Of a stretch of 64,000 nucleotides of DNA, positions 37,840 to 47,850 are shown piece after piece. The DNA comes from a virus (lineage: Duplodnaviria; Heunggongvirae; Uroviricota; Caudoviricetes). The stretch lies in the IMG/VR virus record IMGVR_UViG_3300034157_000063. One strand, 5' to 3'. Below the pieces are notes generated by a model, which searched no databases, was not told where the DNA came from, and was given only the letters and a program-made list of their open reading frames with translations. Position numbers and translations under genes: made by a program. Numbering within the stretch: position 1 is the first letter of the stretch; every line of letters begins with the position of its first letter.

Positions 37840-39384
37840 ATGAGCAAATTTAAAAATTGGGCAATTGATGCCACAATCAACAACGGTTGGACGATGCACC
37901 GTTATCATACTTTCATTGAAGAATCTACCCAAGTTGAATACTTACGCTCTCAGATTCCTTTCTTCTTTGCTGTCCAAGCATTCCCACGTTTCCTTGCTAA
38001 ATTAGTTAGCCAGATTGAAACCAGTGAAGACCGCTTGCTTGTGGTCGAAAATCTATGGGAAGAACATGGAAATGGTAATAAGACCCACTTTCATACCTCT
38101 ACTTTTAAAGAATTTCTAACAGCTCTTGGTTGGGATGGTCAATTTCACCAAAATCCTTGGATTCAAGAGTGGATCTTAAAAGTCTTGAGCAAAGATATGT
38201 CTGCTGGTGCTTATGCGGCTTATTTGGCTGGTATTGAGTATGCTTATGCTCCTATCAGTAAAACCATTGCTGATCATGTAAAGACGCTTGATTTGGTCAC
38301 TGCACAATCCCATTATGCGGTTCACTCAGAACTGGATTGGATTCATGGTGATGAGTTGTTGAGTGTGGCTGTTAACTTGGAACAAGATGAAGATGTTGTA
38401 AAAGCAGCTTTCAATGCCGGTCAGGATGAATTCTTGGAGCTTTACAATCATATGGTGATTGTGACGGCACATGAAATGAAAAAAGTTAATGAAGAAGGTA
38501 TTTCATTTTACTATACCCGAGAAGACAGCTCACCTGAAATTAAAGCTATCAATGACACCTGCAAGAAAAATGGTGAAAACAATATCCTTATGATTGCATC
38601 AGGTGGTGAAACCATCATTGATATGTTGGGCCTTCCATGCCATTTGCAAATTGATGCGGTGGACATGAACATCAATCAGATTAATCTTTGTAAATATAAA
38701 ATCCTTGAATTGTTGGCGGATTCCCGTTATTACAACAAGGAAGAAAATTTCAGTGGTAAATTCGAACAAGTATTCCTAAAAATTAGAACATCGTTTAATT
38801 ATCATGGGAATGGTTTGTTGAGTGATTACATCAAAGAATCACCAGTAGCCCGTCAAAAACTAAAATATATTGTGAATGAATTGTTTTCAAATGAGAACTT
38901 ATCTCATGTATTCAGTGACAGAGCGACTAAATATTCATCAGAAAGTTTTGCTGATCACTTTTATAATGTTTTTATTAAAGCGTGTGAAAGTAAAATTGAA
39001 AGTTCGATTACTCGTAGAAACATTGAGAACATTATTGATGGTATTGATATTCACCCTACTCATAACTCTCAATCTGCGTTGAAAGCAAACCACTTTAAAC
39101 ATACGATTCAGTATATTCATGGTGATTTTGAGTCGTTGGATGTTAACAAGAAATATAAAGTCGTGTCCATTTCCAACATTGGTGACTGGATGAGTTTGGA
39201 AGACTACAAGAAAGTCATTCTGGATGTTAAGAGCCGTTTGTCTGATGATGGTGTGATTATTTGTCGTAAATTGTTAGGTGATTATAATTTGAACAGGTTA
39301 TTGGTAGATTGTGGATTTAAAGTGAAATCAGATTATGATGTCACATGGTTTTATTCAGAAGTGGCTGTTGGTGTAAATGGTTAA
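37840..39384 (+). CDS. Fusion: heme-oxygenase-like diiron (HDO/CADD-like) domain + DUF3419/BtaA-like SAM-dependent transferase
   Basis: N-half ENLWEEHG...H..F, GIE and HSELD..H metal ligands; C-half LMIASGGE, DAVDMN..QINL and SISNIGDWMS. Confidence 0.65.
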   Translation: MSKFKNWAIDATINNGWTMHRYHTFIEESTQVEYLRSQIPFFFAVQAFPRFLAKLVSQIETSEDRLLVVENLWEEHGNGNKTHFHTSTFKEFLTALGWDGQFHQNPWIQEWILKVLSKDMSAGAYAAYLAGIEYAYAPISKTIADHVKTLDLVTAQSHYAVHSELDWIHGDELLSVAVNLEQDEDVVKAAFNAGQDEFLELYNHMVIVTAHEMKKVNEEGISFYYTREDSSPEIKAINDTCKKNGENNILMIASGGETIIDMLGLPCHLQIDAVDMNINQINLCKYKILELLADSRYYNKEENFSGKFEQVFLKIRTSFNYHGNGLLSDYIKESPVARQKLKYIVNELFSNENLSHVFSDRATKYSSESFADHFYNVFIKACESKIESSITRRNIENIIDGIDIHPTHNSQSALKANHFKHTIQYIHGDFESLDVNKKYKVVSISNIGDWMSLEDYKKVILDVKSRLSDDGVIICRKLLGDYNLNRLLVDCGFKVKSDYDVTWFYSEVAVGVNG

Positions 39385-39396
39385 TCGGAGTGAATA

Positions 39397-40188
39397 ATGA
39401 AAATTAAAACCTTAGATCTAGAAGATTGGAAAGTAAGATGTTCATACAGTGAACAATTAAAGAACTTTGAGAATGAATTCACTTATCCATTAGGTGATAA
39501 ATCCTTTTATATTCGACATGGGTATCAAGGTGCCTATGATTACTTTTCATTCTTTGAACAACTAGGTGAAGTTCATTATATGGTTGTTGAAGATGATGAT
39601 AACAAGGTTATTGGTGCGGGCTGTGCCGTTCTCCGGCATTTGAATGGTGAAAATATTTGGTATTTGTGTGACTTTAAAATTATGAAAAGTTTTAGAGGTA
39701 AACACATCTTGGAAAAAATGTTGCTAAAATATTTTTTCAGATTCTACAAAAAGTCTCAAAAGATGTATTTTGTCAACATGAGTCATCAGAAAGATAACCG
39801 CTTAATTAAGCGTGTAACTGGATTGTTTCATTTGTTTCCTATCAAAGCTGTTGATCTTTACTTCTTTGAATGGACAATGAAAGAATTTACTGCAGATAAT
39901 CTTAATTTCGATGATTACATAATTTTAACGAATAAAAACAAGAAAGATATTGTGGTTGATGATGAAATTTTTGATATTTATCATGTGATTGATAAAAACT
40001 CATACATTGATGTTGATAAATTTCATATAGCTGACTTATCTAAAATCAAGAGCACTGATACTCTAATGTATAGCAGTCCGATGAATGAAAGCGTAGAAAA
40101 AATACTACAATTCAGAAAACCATCTACTATTGGTAGCTTTGTTAGCCATCGTTTTAAAATTGAAAATTATTACAGTGTTGAAATTTAA
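39397..40188 (+). CDS. GNAT-fold acyltransferase
   Basis: YPLG..F.I.HG..Y..FF, VIGAGCAVLR and WYLCDFKI.KSFRGK (acetyl-CoA motif A); GGAG SD 12 nt after the previous stop. Confidence 0.7.
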   Translation: MKIKTLDLEDWKVRCSYSEQLKNFENEFTYPLGDKSFYIRHGYQGAYDYFSFFEQLGEVHYMVVEDDDNKVIGAGCAVLRHLNGENIWYLCDFKIMKSFRGKHILEKMLLKYFFRFYKKSQKMYFVNMSHQKDNRLIKRVTGLFHLFPIKAVDLYFFEWTMKEFTADNLNFDDYIILTNKNKKDIVVDDEIFDIYHVIDKNSYIDVDKFHIADLSKIKSTDTLMYSSPMNESVEKILQFRKPSTIGSFVSHRFKIENYYSVEI

Positions 40189-40310
40189 TTTTTTTGAGGT
40201 GCTTATTATAATTGAACAATAATTATGACATTTTTAAAAATTTAATGATATGTTATAATTAATAAAAAAATAACGTTTTATTTTTTCTAGTTTAATAAAT
40301 AATATTAAAA

Positions 40311-41144
40311 GTGACCTTTCATATGATAAATAGTGATAATATAAAAAATGAGTTAACAAAAATATTTGAAGATCTTAAATCTTTAAATGATATAGATAAT
40401 GAAATACAGTTAGATTTCGTAGAACCTAAAAGTATTGACATACCAGATATTACTAATCTTTTTAGAGAAGTAGATATATTTCATAGTGATTTGTTGTATG
40501 AAATTGAATTTAATAAAAATAAAACTTATAATCAAAAAACAATTAATGAAAATTTTGAAAAAATTGAAAAAAGTTTTTTAAATTATCAATTGTTAAGAAA
40601 AGATATTTCTAATTATGAAGTTCAACTATTAGATAAAAAAACAGATTATCAAGGTTTTTCATCCCATATTGAAAATTTAAACAATGAAATAACGAATATT
40701 AGACAACAATTAATTGACCATGAAAACGAATGCAATCAAGCACTCTTGGAATTACGTCAGCGTGAAAAAGACTTTCATAGTGATTCTTTAAATTCTATTG
40801 AAGATCTTGAAGAGTTAGATTCAAATAATAGTTCAAATTTAAGTGCAACGGATTTTGATAACCATCCATTACATAAAGTTTACAATGACTATTCAAATTT
40901 TTCTGACCTGATGGATATAGAAAAAAATAATTTAAAAAACAGTTTAAATTTAAGTGTTAAGGATTTGGAACAAACGAATGATAAATTATCAAATTTTTCT
41001 AATTCTTTTGTTGAATATAAAAAAGAATTTATTTCAAAAATAAATAGTGTCAAACCAATTTTAACAATAATCGAAAAAGATATTAACGTTTTTTTGAATT
41101 CTTATATTGTTAAAAATAAACCAACAAATAAAAAAACTATTTAA
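40311..41144 (+). CDS. Coiled-coil hypothetical protein with basic tail KNKPTNKKTI
   Basis: 277 aa ORF, very AT-rich. Confidence 0.65.
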   Translation: MTFHMINSDNIKNELTKIFEDLKSLNDIDNEIQLDFVEPKSIDIPDITNLFREVDIFHSDLLYEIEFNKNKTYNQKTINENFEKIEKSFLNYQLLRKDISNYEVQLLDKKTDYQGFSSHIENLNNEITNIRQQLIDHENECNQALLELRQREKDFHSDSLNSIEDLEELDSNNSSNLSATDFDNHPLHKVYNDYSNFSDLMDIEKNNLKNSLNLSVKDLEQTNDKLSNFSNSFVEYKKEFISKINSVKPILTIIEKDINVFLNSYIVKNKPTNKKTI

Positions 41145-41205
41145 TTCATTGACAATTTTTTAATATTGTTTTAAAATCTAAAAATCAAAATAAATGAGAG
41201 GTCAC

Positions 41206-41259
41206 ATGTTATTTTTATTCGCTAAGTTTTATGGAGGTAATTTTCGATGTTTTAACTAA
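41206..41259 (+). CDS. Putative leader peptide MLFLFAKFYGGNFRCFN
   Basis: GAGGT SD; follows a TTGACA..TAAAAT promoter; stops 14 nt before 41274. Confidence 0.5.
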   Translation: MLFLFAKFYGGNFRCFN

Positions 41260-41273
41260 TATCGGAGGTTACT

Positions 41274-41858
41274 ATGTTTTACACTTACAAGATTTATGGT
41301 TTCGATGGTAAAATTTACTATGAAGAATCAAAGAAAAGTTTGTTCGAAGTCATTGATGACTTTGGTTTAAGACGATTTTTACATCGTTTTTGCAATACGT
41401 TTGAAATTGGCGAAGGCACTACTCTTCATTCTGAGAAAAGGGTTCAGGTTGGTGGTTGGTTCGATGAGAATGATGGTCATAAGTTTTACCCACTCACTCA
41501 AAGCGAAACAGTTTGCCGCACAGGTGATTTCAGAATAGAAACGTTTGCAGGTGCAACTGTTGATATTTATGAGTTGTCTTATGAGTATCGCCAGTCAAGA
41601 GATTTGTTGAAAGCTGCAAAGCCCGAACGTGTTCGCAATTCTTGGGCAAAACAAAAAGATAGACCCCTAGTTGTTAAGTATCCTGCTGGTGTCCGTCAGG
41701 AGCATGTTCAAAACGTTTTTGATAAAATGGATGGTTATGTAAAACTTAGACAAAGTAGAGTGAATGCTGTTAAACATGAATACTATTTCGAAAGTTATAG
41801 CATAAAAGGCAAGCCGAACTCTTGGAAAAACAGCAAAAAATCAAAGCAGTGGATGTGA
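41274..41858 (+). CDS. Basic hypothetical protein ending KPNSWKNSKKSKQWM; homolog of 25185..25796
   Basis: GGAGGT SD; shared GDF.. segment and WK...Q[WY] tail. Confidence 0.75.
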   Translation: MFYTYKIYGFDGKIYYEESKKSLFEVIDDFGLRRFLHRFCNTFEIGEGTTLHSEKRVQVGGWFDENDGHKFYPLTQSETVCRTGDFRIETFAGATVDIYELSYEYRQSRDLLKAAKPERVRNSWAKQKDRPLVVKYPAGVRQEHVQNVFDKMDGYVKLRQSRVNAVKHEYYFESYSIKGKPNSWKNSKKSKQWM

Positions 41859-41926
41859 ATCCATTGCTTTTTTGTTGTTATAATTATCAAAATAATGTAT
41901 AATGGTTCATCTTTAATGGAGCCTTT

Positions 41927-42793
41927 ATGATGTTAACTTTCGCAAACAATCTTTATTATAAATTTATTTCTTGTTTTTCTATATTTCTCAATAATAAACA
42001 TTGGTTAAGGAAACATATTGCTCAAATTTTACCACCATTGTCAAGAATAAAAAAAATAAAATCAGACATATCAAATCTCTATTATGATGGAGGCTATATT
42101 GGTAAAGTAAGTTTTGATAATAAAACGGTGATTATCAAAGATCCAAAAATGCTGACCTTTCTTAACAAAGACAATGCTGACTGCTTTCATGATGATTTTT
42201 TAGAATTATCACAAATGGTCTATTTTGTTTTTTGTTACCTTTTTATGCCATCAAATTCAGAAGATAATTACAAAGATCGATGGTCAGTTTTTTTTAAAGC
42301 TTTGAAACATGATAAAATAACATCATTTGGTAAAACAATAAAAGCAACTGTTGATTTATTAATAAATTTAAACAACAATAAAACACCACCTGACTTTGCA
42401 AATACTTTGAAAAATTGTAACAGGACACCTCCTATTTTAACTGAATTTGGAGTTGTTTTGAATTCTGATGGCTTAGAGTGTAAGCTATTGCATTATACGG
42501 TAAAAATACCTAATTCAATGGACCATATTTCAGTTGTTTTACTAGACAGAGACGGCCAAAAATATTATAAATTAAGTAATATTTATGGATTAACTAGATC
42601 TGAACTTATAGATAGCGGAATGGGTTTTGAGTGTTTTAAATTCAATATTAACGAATTTTTGAAATATTCAACAGTGTCTGAATTCATTGGTGATTTTTCA
42701 ATGATGATGGTCAAAGGGATTTATCCAGATTACAAAGAAGACAAACATCCTACCATTCGAGATAAAATTATTTTTGACATGGCGGGCTATTAA
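41927..42793 (+). CDS. Hypothetical protein, paralog of 42854..43726 (ends IIFDMAGY)
   Basis: Shared KHWL, FH.DF..LSQM.YF.FCY and KLLHYTV. Confidence 0.8.
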   Translation: MMLTFANNLYYKFISCFSIFLNNKHWLRKHIAQILPPLSRIKKIKSDISNLYYDGGYIGKVSFDNKTVIIKDPKMLTFLNKDNADCFHDDFLELSQMVYFVFCYLFMPSNSEDNYKDRWSVFFKALKHDKITSFGKTIKATVDLLINLNNNKTPPDFANTLKNCNRTPPILTEFGVVLNSDGLECKLLHYTVKIPNSMDHISVVLLDRDGQKYYKLSNIYGLTRSELIDSGMGFECFKFNINEFLKYSTVSEFIGDFSMMMVKGIYPDYKEDKHPTIRDKIIFDMAGY

Positions 42794-42853
42794 AAATAAA
42801 TTGTAAATGCTATTAAATTATTGTATAATTGGCTATATTTTGTGGAGATTCAT

Positions 42854-43726
42854 ATGAGCAGCAATCCTTTTAAAAAGCTTTATTCTAATATTGTATTTGG
42901 CATGACAATGCTGGATAAGGATAAACATTGGTTGCTAAAACGTATCGTCCATGAACTACCAGCATTTTCAAGTGTTAAAACGATGTCATTTGATAAAGGT
43001 GTTTTGTTGTATGGGGATAATGACATAGGTAACCATTCAGAAGATCATACATGTGCCATTGTCAATAGTGAAAGGATGTTACATCTACTGCATAAAAATG
43101 ATTATGATAGCTTTCATGCTGATTTTATTGATCTGTCACAAATGACTTATTTCATTTTCTGTTATGTCTTTAATCCTTTTGAACCTGAGAAAACGTTTAC
43201 GGAATGTTGGAAAGACTTTATGGGCAAGTCCCATTCTCAGCAGGTTCTTGCTTCTTTTAACAATAATAAGAAAGCATTGCTTACTTTGCCCTTCTCACTG
43301 CACAATAATCAGCCTATTGCTGGTTTAGAGAACACTTTAGTTAATGCTCGCAAGTCACCGCCTATTTTTTCTAATTGTGGTGTTGTCTTTGATAAAGCAG
43401 GAGATGAATTTAAGCTATTGCATTATACGGTTACAAAACCATTTGTTGAAGGACATGTGTCGGTTGTATTAATTGAAAAAAATGGTCAAAAATATTACAA
43501 AGTCAGTGTGACCGCAGGTAAAGATAATGCCGAATTGTTTAAAACCAATGAAGCGGGTGACGAATACTTCACATTTGATTTTAGTGAATTTACAACTTAT
43601 AACAAAGTTTCTGAATTTGTAGCTCAATTTTCAATGGCATTAGTCCGAGGTATTAATCCAGAGTATAAAGACGATGAGTTACCTAATAGACGATATAAAG
43701 ATATTTTTGATATGATGGGTTATTAA
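42854..43726 (+). CDS. Hypothetical protein, paralog of 41927..42793 (ends DIFDMMGY)
   Basis: GGAG SD before ATG 42854. Confidence 0.8.
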   Translation: MSSNPFKKLYSNIVFGMTMLDKDKHWLLKRIVHELPAFSSVKTMSFDKGVLLYGDNDIGNHSEDHTCAIVNSERMLHLLHKNDYDSFHADFIDLSQMTYFIFCYVFNPFEPEKTFTECWKDFMGKSHSQQVLASFNNNKKALLTLPFSLHNNQPIAGLENTLVNARKSPPIFSNCGVVFDKAGDEFKLLHYTVTKPFVEGHVSVVLIEKNGQKYYKVSVTAGKDNAELFKTNEAGDEYFTFDFSEFTTYNKVSEFVAQFSMALVRGINPEYKDDELPNRRYKDIFDMMGY

Positions 43727-43727
43727 T

Positions 43728-44393
43728 ATGAGCCGATTAGACGATTTATTAAATAGAGTTAGACTGGTGATGGATCATTATAGTATTGCTTATACTAATG
43801 ACATCAAAAAGTTTGTCAAGCGGAAAGCAATTGAAACCTACTACCTTCATGCGAGCTTTGGTGTTGTTTTCATTGAAGTGAACCTTAATACCTTTGAAGG
43901 AACTATTCAGTTTAATAAGATGTTTCAATCTATTAGACCTAAGTCAGAAGTTTTTGATTTTACAACAGGAAGTCCATTACTGCATAAGTATCAAGAAGCC
44001 TTCTTAACCGATAAAGAAATTTTTAATGCATTTGTCACTCAACATGATGATGATTACACCTTTAAAAGAACGTATGGTTACTTATTAGATTTGTTAGATG
44101 TCTCACTTGTCTTTAAGGTCACTGCAGATGATACTGCGATTAATGAAAATGATTTTATTATTCGTTATAATACACTTCAATCGTGTAGTAAAATGTTAAT
44201 GATGGACAAAGTTTCTTATTTGCAGTTTGAAAACAATTACGACTTTAACTATAAAGATGGCAAGCTGAGTTATGATGGCGACTATAAGCAGATTCATCAA
44301 GAAGTAAGTAATGCTTATAACTTAAATGACCCTGAGTTGACGTTTAAAGACTTTAAAGACTTGGCTCAATTAACTTTAATGAAGATCTATTAG
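43728..44393 (+). CDS. Hypothetical protein, paralog of 44412..45086 (ends QLTLMKIY)
   Basis: Near-identical C-terminus FKDLAQLTLMKIY. Confidence 0.8.
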   Translation: MSRLDDLLNRVRLVMDHYSIAYTNDIKKFVKRKAIETYYLHASFGVVFIEVNLNTFEGTIQFNKMFQSIRPKSEVFDFTTGSPLLHKYQEAFLTDKEIFNAFVTQHDDDYTFKRTYGYLLDLLDVSLVFKVTADDTAINENDFIIRYNTLQSCSKMLMMDKVSYLQFENNYDFNYKDGKLSYDGDYKQIHQEVSNAYNLNDPELTFKDFKDLAQLTLMKIY

Positions 44394-44411
44394 TTATGAA
44401 AGGTTATTTCT

Positions 44412-45086
44412 ATGGGCTATCCTAGTTATTTAAATAAGTTCTTTAATCAAGTAAAATTAGTGATTGCACATTATGGTATCGTTCACAATAATGATATCAC
44501 TTATTTTAGTCGTGAAGGTTACATGTGGACTTATTACATAACGGCCAGTTTTGGTAAAATTTACATTCATGTAGATACACAGATGATGAATGGTACAATT
44601 GAGTTCGATAGACTTTTTAAATCAGTTGAACATTGCATAGAATATGAATATTTTGTAATAAACCATCCACCTTTTAAAAAACAATTTGAAGCATTTTTAA
44701 AAGATAAAGAGATCTTTAATGCAATGGTCACTGATCATTTTGTTGATGACCCACTTATACGAACTTACGGTTCTTTATTAGAGATGTTGGATGTTTCATT
44801 AGTTTTAACGGTGTCGGCAGATAATGAGGTTGTTGATGAGGATAGTTTTATTATTCGCTATAATAAATCTATGTCATGGACTAAAATACGAATTTTTGAT
44901 AGAACTTATCATATAGTTTTTGAAAAAACTTATGATTTTAACTATGAGAATAGTAATCTTGTTTATGATGGTGACTATAAGGAACTTCATCAAGCTATTA
45001 CAGAAGCCTACCATTTAAATGAATTAGATTTTCCATTTACAGGATTTAAAGATTTAGCTCAATTGACATTGATGAAGATATATTAA
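44412..45086 (+). CDS. Hypothetical protein, paralog of 43728..44393
   Basis: Shared RTYG.LL..LDVSLV, FIIRYN and YDGDYK. Confidence 0.8.
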   Translation: MGYPSYLNKFFNQVKLVIAHYGIVHNNDITYFSREGYMWTYYITASFGKIYIHVDTQMMNGTIEFDRLFKSVEHCIEYEYFVINHPPFKKQFEAFLKDKEIFNAMVTDHFVDDPLIRTYGSLLEMLDVSLVLTVSADNEVVDEDSFIIRYNKSMSWTKIRIFDRTYHIVFEKTYDFNYENSNLVYDGDYKELHQAITEAYHLNELDFPFTGFKDLAQLTLMKIY

Positions 45087-45117
45087 AAGGCCACGAGAGT
45101 GGCCTATTTATTTAAAG

Positions 45118-46065
45118 TTACCCTTTTAGTTTTTCAATATCTGCTTTTTCTACAATAATATCAATATTAGAAAGACTTTTTAAGTAATGAAAGTGTTCGG
45201 AACCATGACTCCATGAGTTTAAAAGATACCAGTTTGTTATGTAAAAATATTTGTTATCTTCATGATCTGCTATTAGATTTGATATCTCATTTTGTTCAGG
45301 TTTTTTTATATATTTAGTTTCTTTTTTATACAATAGATCATGTTTGTATACATAACTTTTATTAACAGTATCTTGTTCATTAAACTTTAATACATATAAA
45401 TTTTTAACACCTCTTAATTCTTTTAAATAATTGTAAAGATCGTTTGCAAAATCTATTGCTTCAAATCTATTTTCAAGATTTATATTTGTGACTAATTCAT
45501 TATTCGAAAATGCAATCTTTAATAAATCAGCATCTAATGGAGAGAAACCATTAATTTTTGCTAAGTGATGAGTCGTATTTTTTTCGTTTATGGGGTGATC
45601 TCCAAATTTATATGAAAATACATCATCATAACAACTTTTGAATTCAAAACTATAATTAAATTCATCTTTTTTAAATATACAAGATGATATTTTACTTTTA
45701 GGATGATTTATTAATGTTAAAAGTTGATTATAAAATAATTCAGCCTGACTCATTGTGTCAGTTTTTGTTTTTAATATATTTCTTAATGTTATAATAAACT
45801 CATGAGTTAATAAATTATCAATATTATCTATAACAATACCTTTGTATAAATCAATTTGATTACACATGGTTGATTTTATAACTGTGGGTGACATTTCTTT
45901 TTCTAATGCTTTTTTCAATTCATTATAGTTGTTACATCCTAATGATTGAGCAAATATTTCTTGACTTTCTGATAGTTTTTTACTACTGTCTTTTGATTCT
46001 CTGATTTTATGAAATCTTTTAACGAATTTATCTATATTACTTGATGTAATTTCTATCTTTGACAT
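45118..46065 (-). CDS. Protein with N-terminal glyoxalase-superfamily (Glyoxalase_8-like) helical domain
   Basis: KFVKRF...KLSESQEIFAQSLGCNNYNEL pattern; AAGGAG SD. Confidence 0.55.
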   Translation of the reverse strand: MSKIEITSSNIDKFVKRFHKIRESKDSSKKLSESQEIFAQSLGCNNYNELKKALEKEMSPTVIKSTMCNQIDLYKGIVIDNIDNLLTHEFIITLRNILKTKTDTMSQAELFYNQLLTLINHPKSKISSCIFKKDEFNYSFEFKSCYDDVFSYKFGDHPINEKNTTHHLAKINGFSPLDADLLKIAFSNNELVTNINLENRFEAIDFANDLYNYLKELRGVKNLYVLKFNEQDTVNKSYVYKHDLLYKKETKYIKKPEQNEISNLIADHEDNKYFYITNWYLLNSWSHGSEHFHYLKSLSNIDIIVEKADIEKLKG

Positions 46066-46282
46066 AATTTAAGCTCCTTTAAATATTATTTTTAAATTTG
46101 ACAAATAGAAGTCAACTTATTTAAAGTTATTAAATTAAATTAGTTGTTTTGTTTTTTTATCTTCATGATAATTGTTGCTTGATATAAGCTTCGCCGTCTA
46201 GTCTATTTAGCACGCCCACAACTGGACGATAATTTTATGATAAATTATTAAAAATAAATGTCAATATATGAATACACAGATT

Positions 46283-46522
46283 TTAATATGTGATGGTGAC
46301 AACATAATTATCGGATAATTTTTCAGTGGATGATTGTTTCTCAATGGTCGTTTTGACAAGCTGTTTGATATTGCCACAATCAACTGTCACCAATTTTTCA
46401 GATGATGTTGCAGTGCATGGCGATGGCAAGATTGTTAAGCTAACTTCTATAGTTCCAGTCATAGAACCAGCTTGAACGCTTAATGGAGATAGCAATAATA
46501 GGATTATCAATATTTTCAACAT
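46283..46522 (-). CDS. Small exported protein (pilin-subunit-like N-terminus)
   Basis: Signal peptide ending SVQA; GTIEVSLTILPSPC; C-terminal VTITY. Confidence 0.55.
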   Translation of the reverse strand: MLKILIILLLLSPLSVQAGSMTGTIEVSLTILPSPCTATSSEKLVTVDCGNIKQLVKTTIEKQSSTEKLSDNYVVTITY

Positions 46523-46648
46523 ATTTATTACCTTTTTTGGCATTTAAATTATATCATTTTATCAATGAAATATCTACATTTTAAACAAATAAATATTGTT
46601 TTATCTGCTTGCTTGAGTTATAATCCGGTCAAATTAATCGGAGATTAT

Positions 46649-47170
46649 ATGATCAATTACATAAAAAACATCAAAAACCCAGCTTTGAAATGTTTCTTTC
46701 AGCTTTTTCCGCTGTTTGTTATCTTTTTTATCTGGAAAGATTTTGGGGCCGAGATAGGTCAGTTTGTTGGGGATTCTTTGGTTAAAACTTCTGCCTTTAT
46801 CTCACCAGTGTTTAGGTTTGCAGGTGAATATGTGATGGCACTGTTTGTATTTCTAACTATGTGGAGTGCTTGTGTTTTCTCCAAAGTTATTAAATCTGAA
46901 AAAGATATAAACATTGTTAAATTTTGGAAAAATGTTGCTCATGCGGCATCTATTACTTTGTTTTTTTATTGTGTTTTGTATATTCTTGATACAGTAAAAT
47001 TTATTAATGATACGACAACAAGTACAGAAAAAGAATTGACTGATTTAAATGGGCTTATTATGATTACGGGCACTATTGCTCTTGTGACAGTATTTGTAAA
47101 TATTTATCTTTTCGGAAAAATGAGTGACTTGAAAAAAGAACAACTAAACCGTTCAGAGATTTATTCTTGA
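46649..47170 (+). CDS. Membrane protein, paralog of 47210..47722
   Basis: GGAG SD before ATG 46649; shared F..PVF...G.Y and WS.CV..K. Confidence 0.7.
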   Translation: MINYIKNIKNPALKCFFQLFPLFVIFFIWKDFGAEIGQFVGDSLVKTSAFISPVFRFAGEYVMALFVFLTMWSACVFSKVIKSEKDINIVKFWKNVAHAASITLFFYCVLYILDTVKFINDTTTSTEKELTDLNGLIMITGTIALVTVFVNIYLFGKMSDLKKEQLNRSEIYS

Positions 47171-47209
47171 TAAAATTCGATTTACATTTTAAATTTAATA
47201 GGAGATTTT

Positions 47210-47722
47210 ATGCTTAATTATTCAAACACTCATAGACGAGATCCGCATGTTAAAAAGTATGCTTTGAAATGTGCATTGACACTGGCCGCTATTATTGCTG
47301 TAGGATTTATCTTGTTTAATTATGGTGAATCGATCTGGTATGGCATCTGCATTGTTTTCAATGGTTTCTGCTCTGGTGTGGCAACAGGATTTGTGGCAAC
47401 GGCTCAATTTTTGAAACCTGTCTTCGCTTCCGTAGGTCAATACATGCTGTGGGGTGGTTTATTGGTTTGTCTATGGTCTTTTTGTGTTTACTGTAAGATT
47501 GATGCCAATTGTGAAGAATCAAAAATGCAGTGGAGAATTATTGGTTTAAGTGCTAATTCGTTTTTATTTTTGTATACAATTTTGTATATGATTTATCTTA
47601 ATCAGAATGAAGATCCTTTCAGTAAATATTCCTCAATTTATAGCTTCTTATATTTTTACTGGATGATTTCCGGTGTGGCTTTTGTGTTTCCATATCGAGA
47701 CGAAGATAACTCAAAGCAATAA
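47210..47722 (+). CDS. Membrane protein, paralog of 46649..47170
   Basis: AGGAG SD; hydrophobic helices. Confidence 0.7.
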   Translation: MLNYSNTHRRDPHVKKYALKCALTLAAIIAVGFILFNYGESIWYGICIVFNGFCSGVATGFVATAQFLKPVFASVGQYMLWGGLLVCLWSFCVYCKIDANCEESKMQWRIIGLSANSFLFLYTILYMIYLNQNEDPFSKYSSIYSFLYFYWMISGVAFVFPYRDEDNSKQ

Positions 47723-47850
47723 TATTATGAACATATACAAATAAACAACCAGCCAGAGTGCTGGTTTTTATTTAATTGAAATTTAATTTTTAAGCATTGC
47801 CTAATTTTATTTTTTTTGTTATAGTTTCAAAATATTAAAGGAGAATAATC

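Noticed and set aside
47723-47850. Cys leader peptide/attenuator upstream of cysS
   Set aside because: The only nearby uORF (MNIYK*) has no Cys and lies upstream of the terminator of the previous gene. The promoter-like sequence sits directly before the cysS SD, so cysS does not share the leader arrangement.
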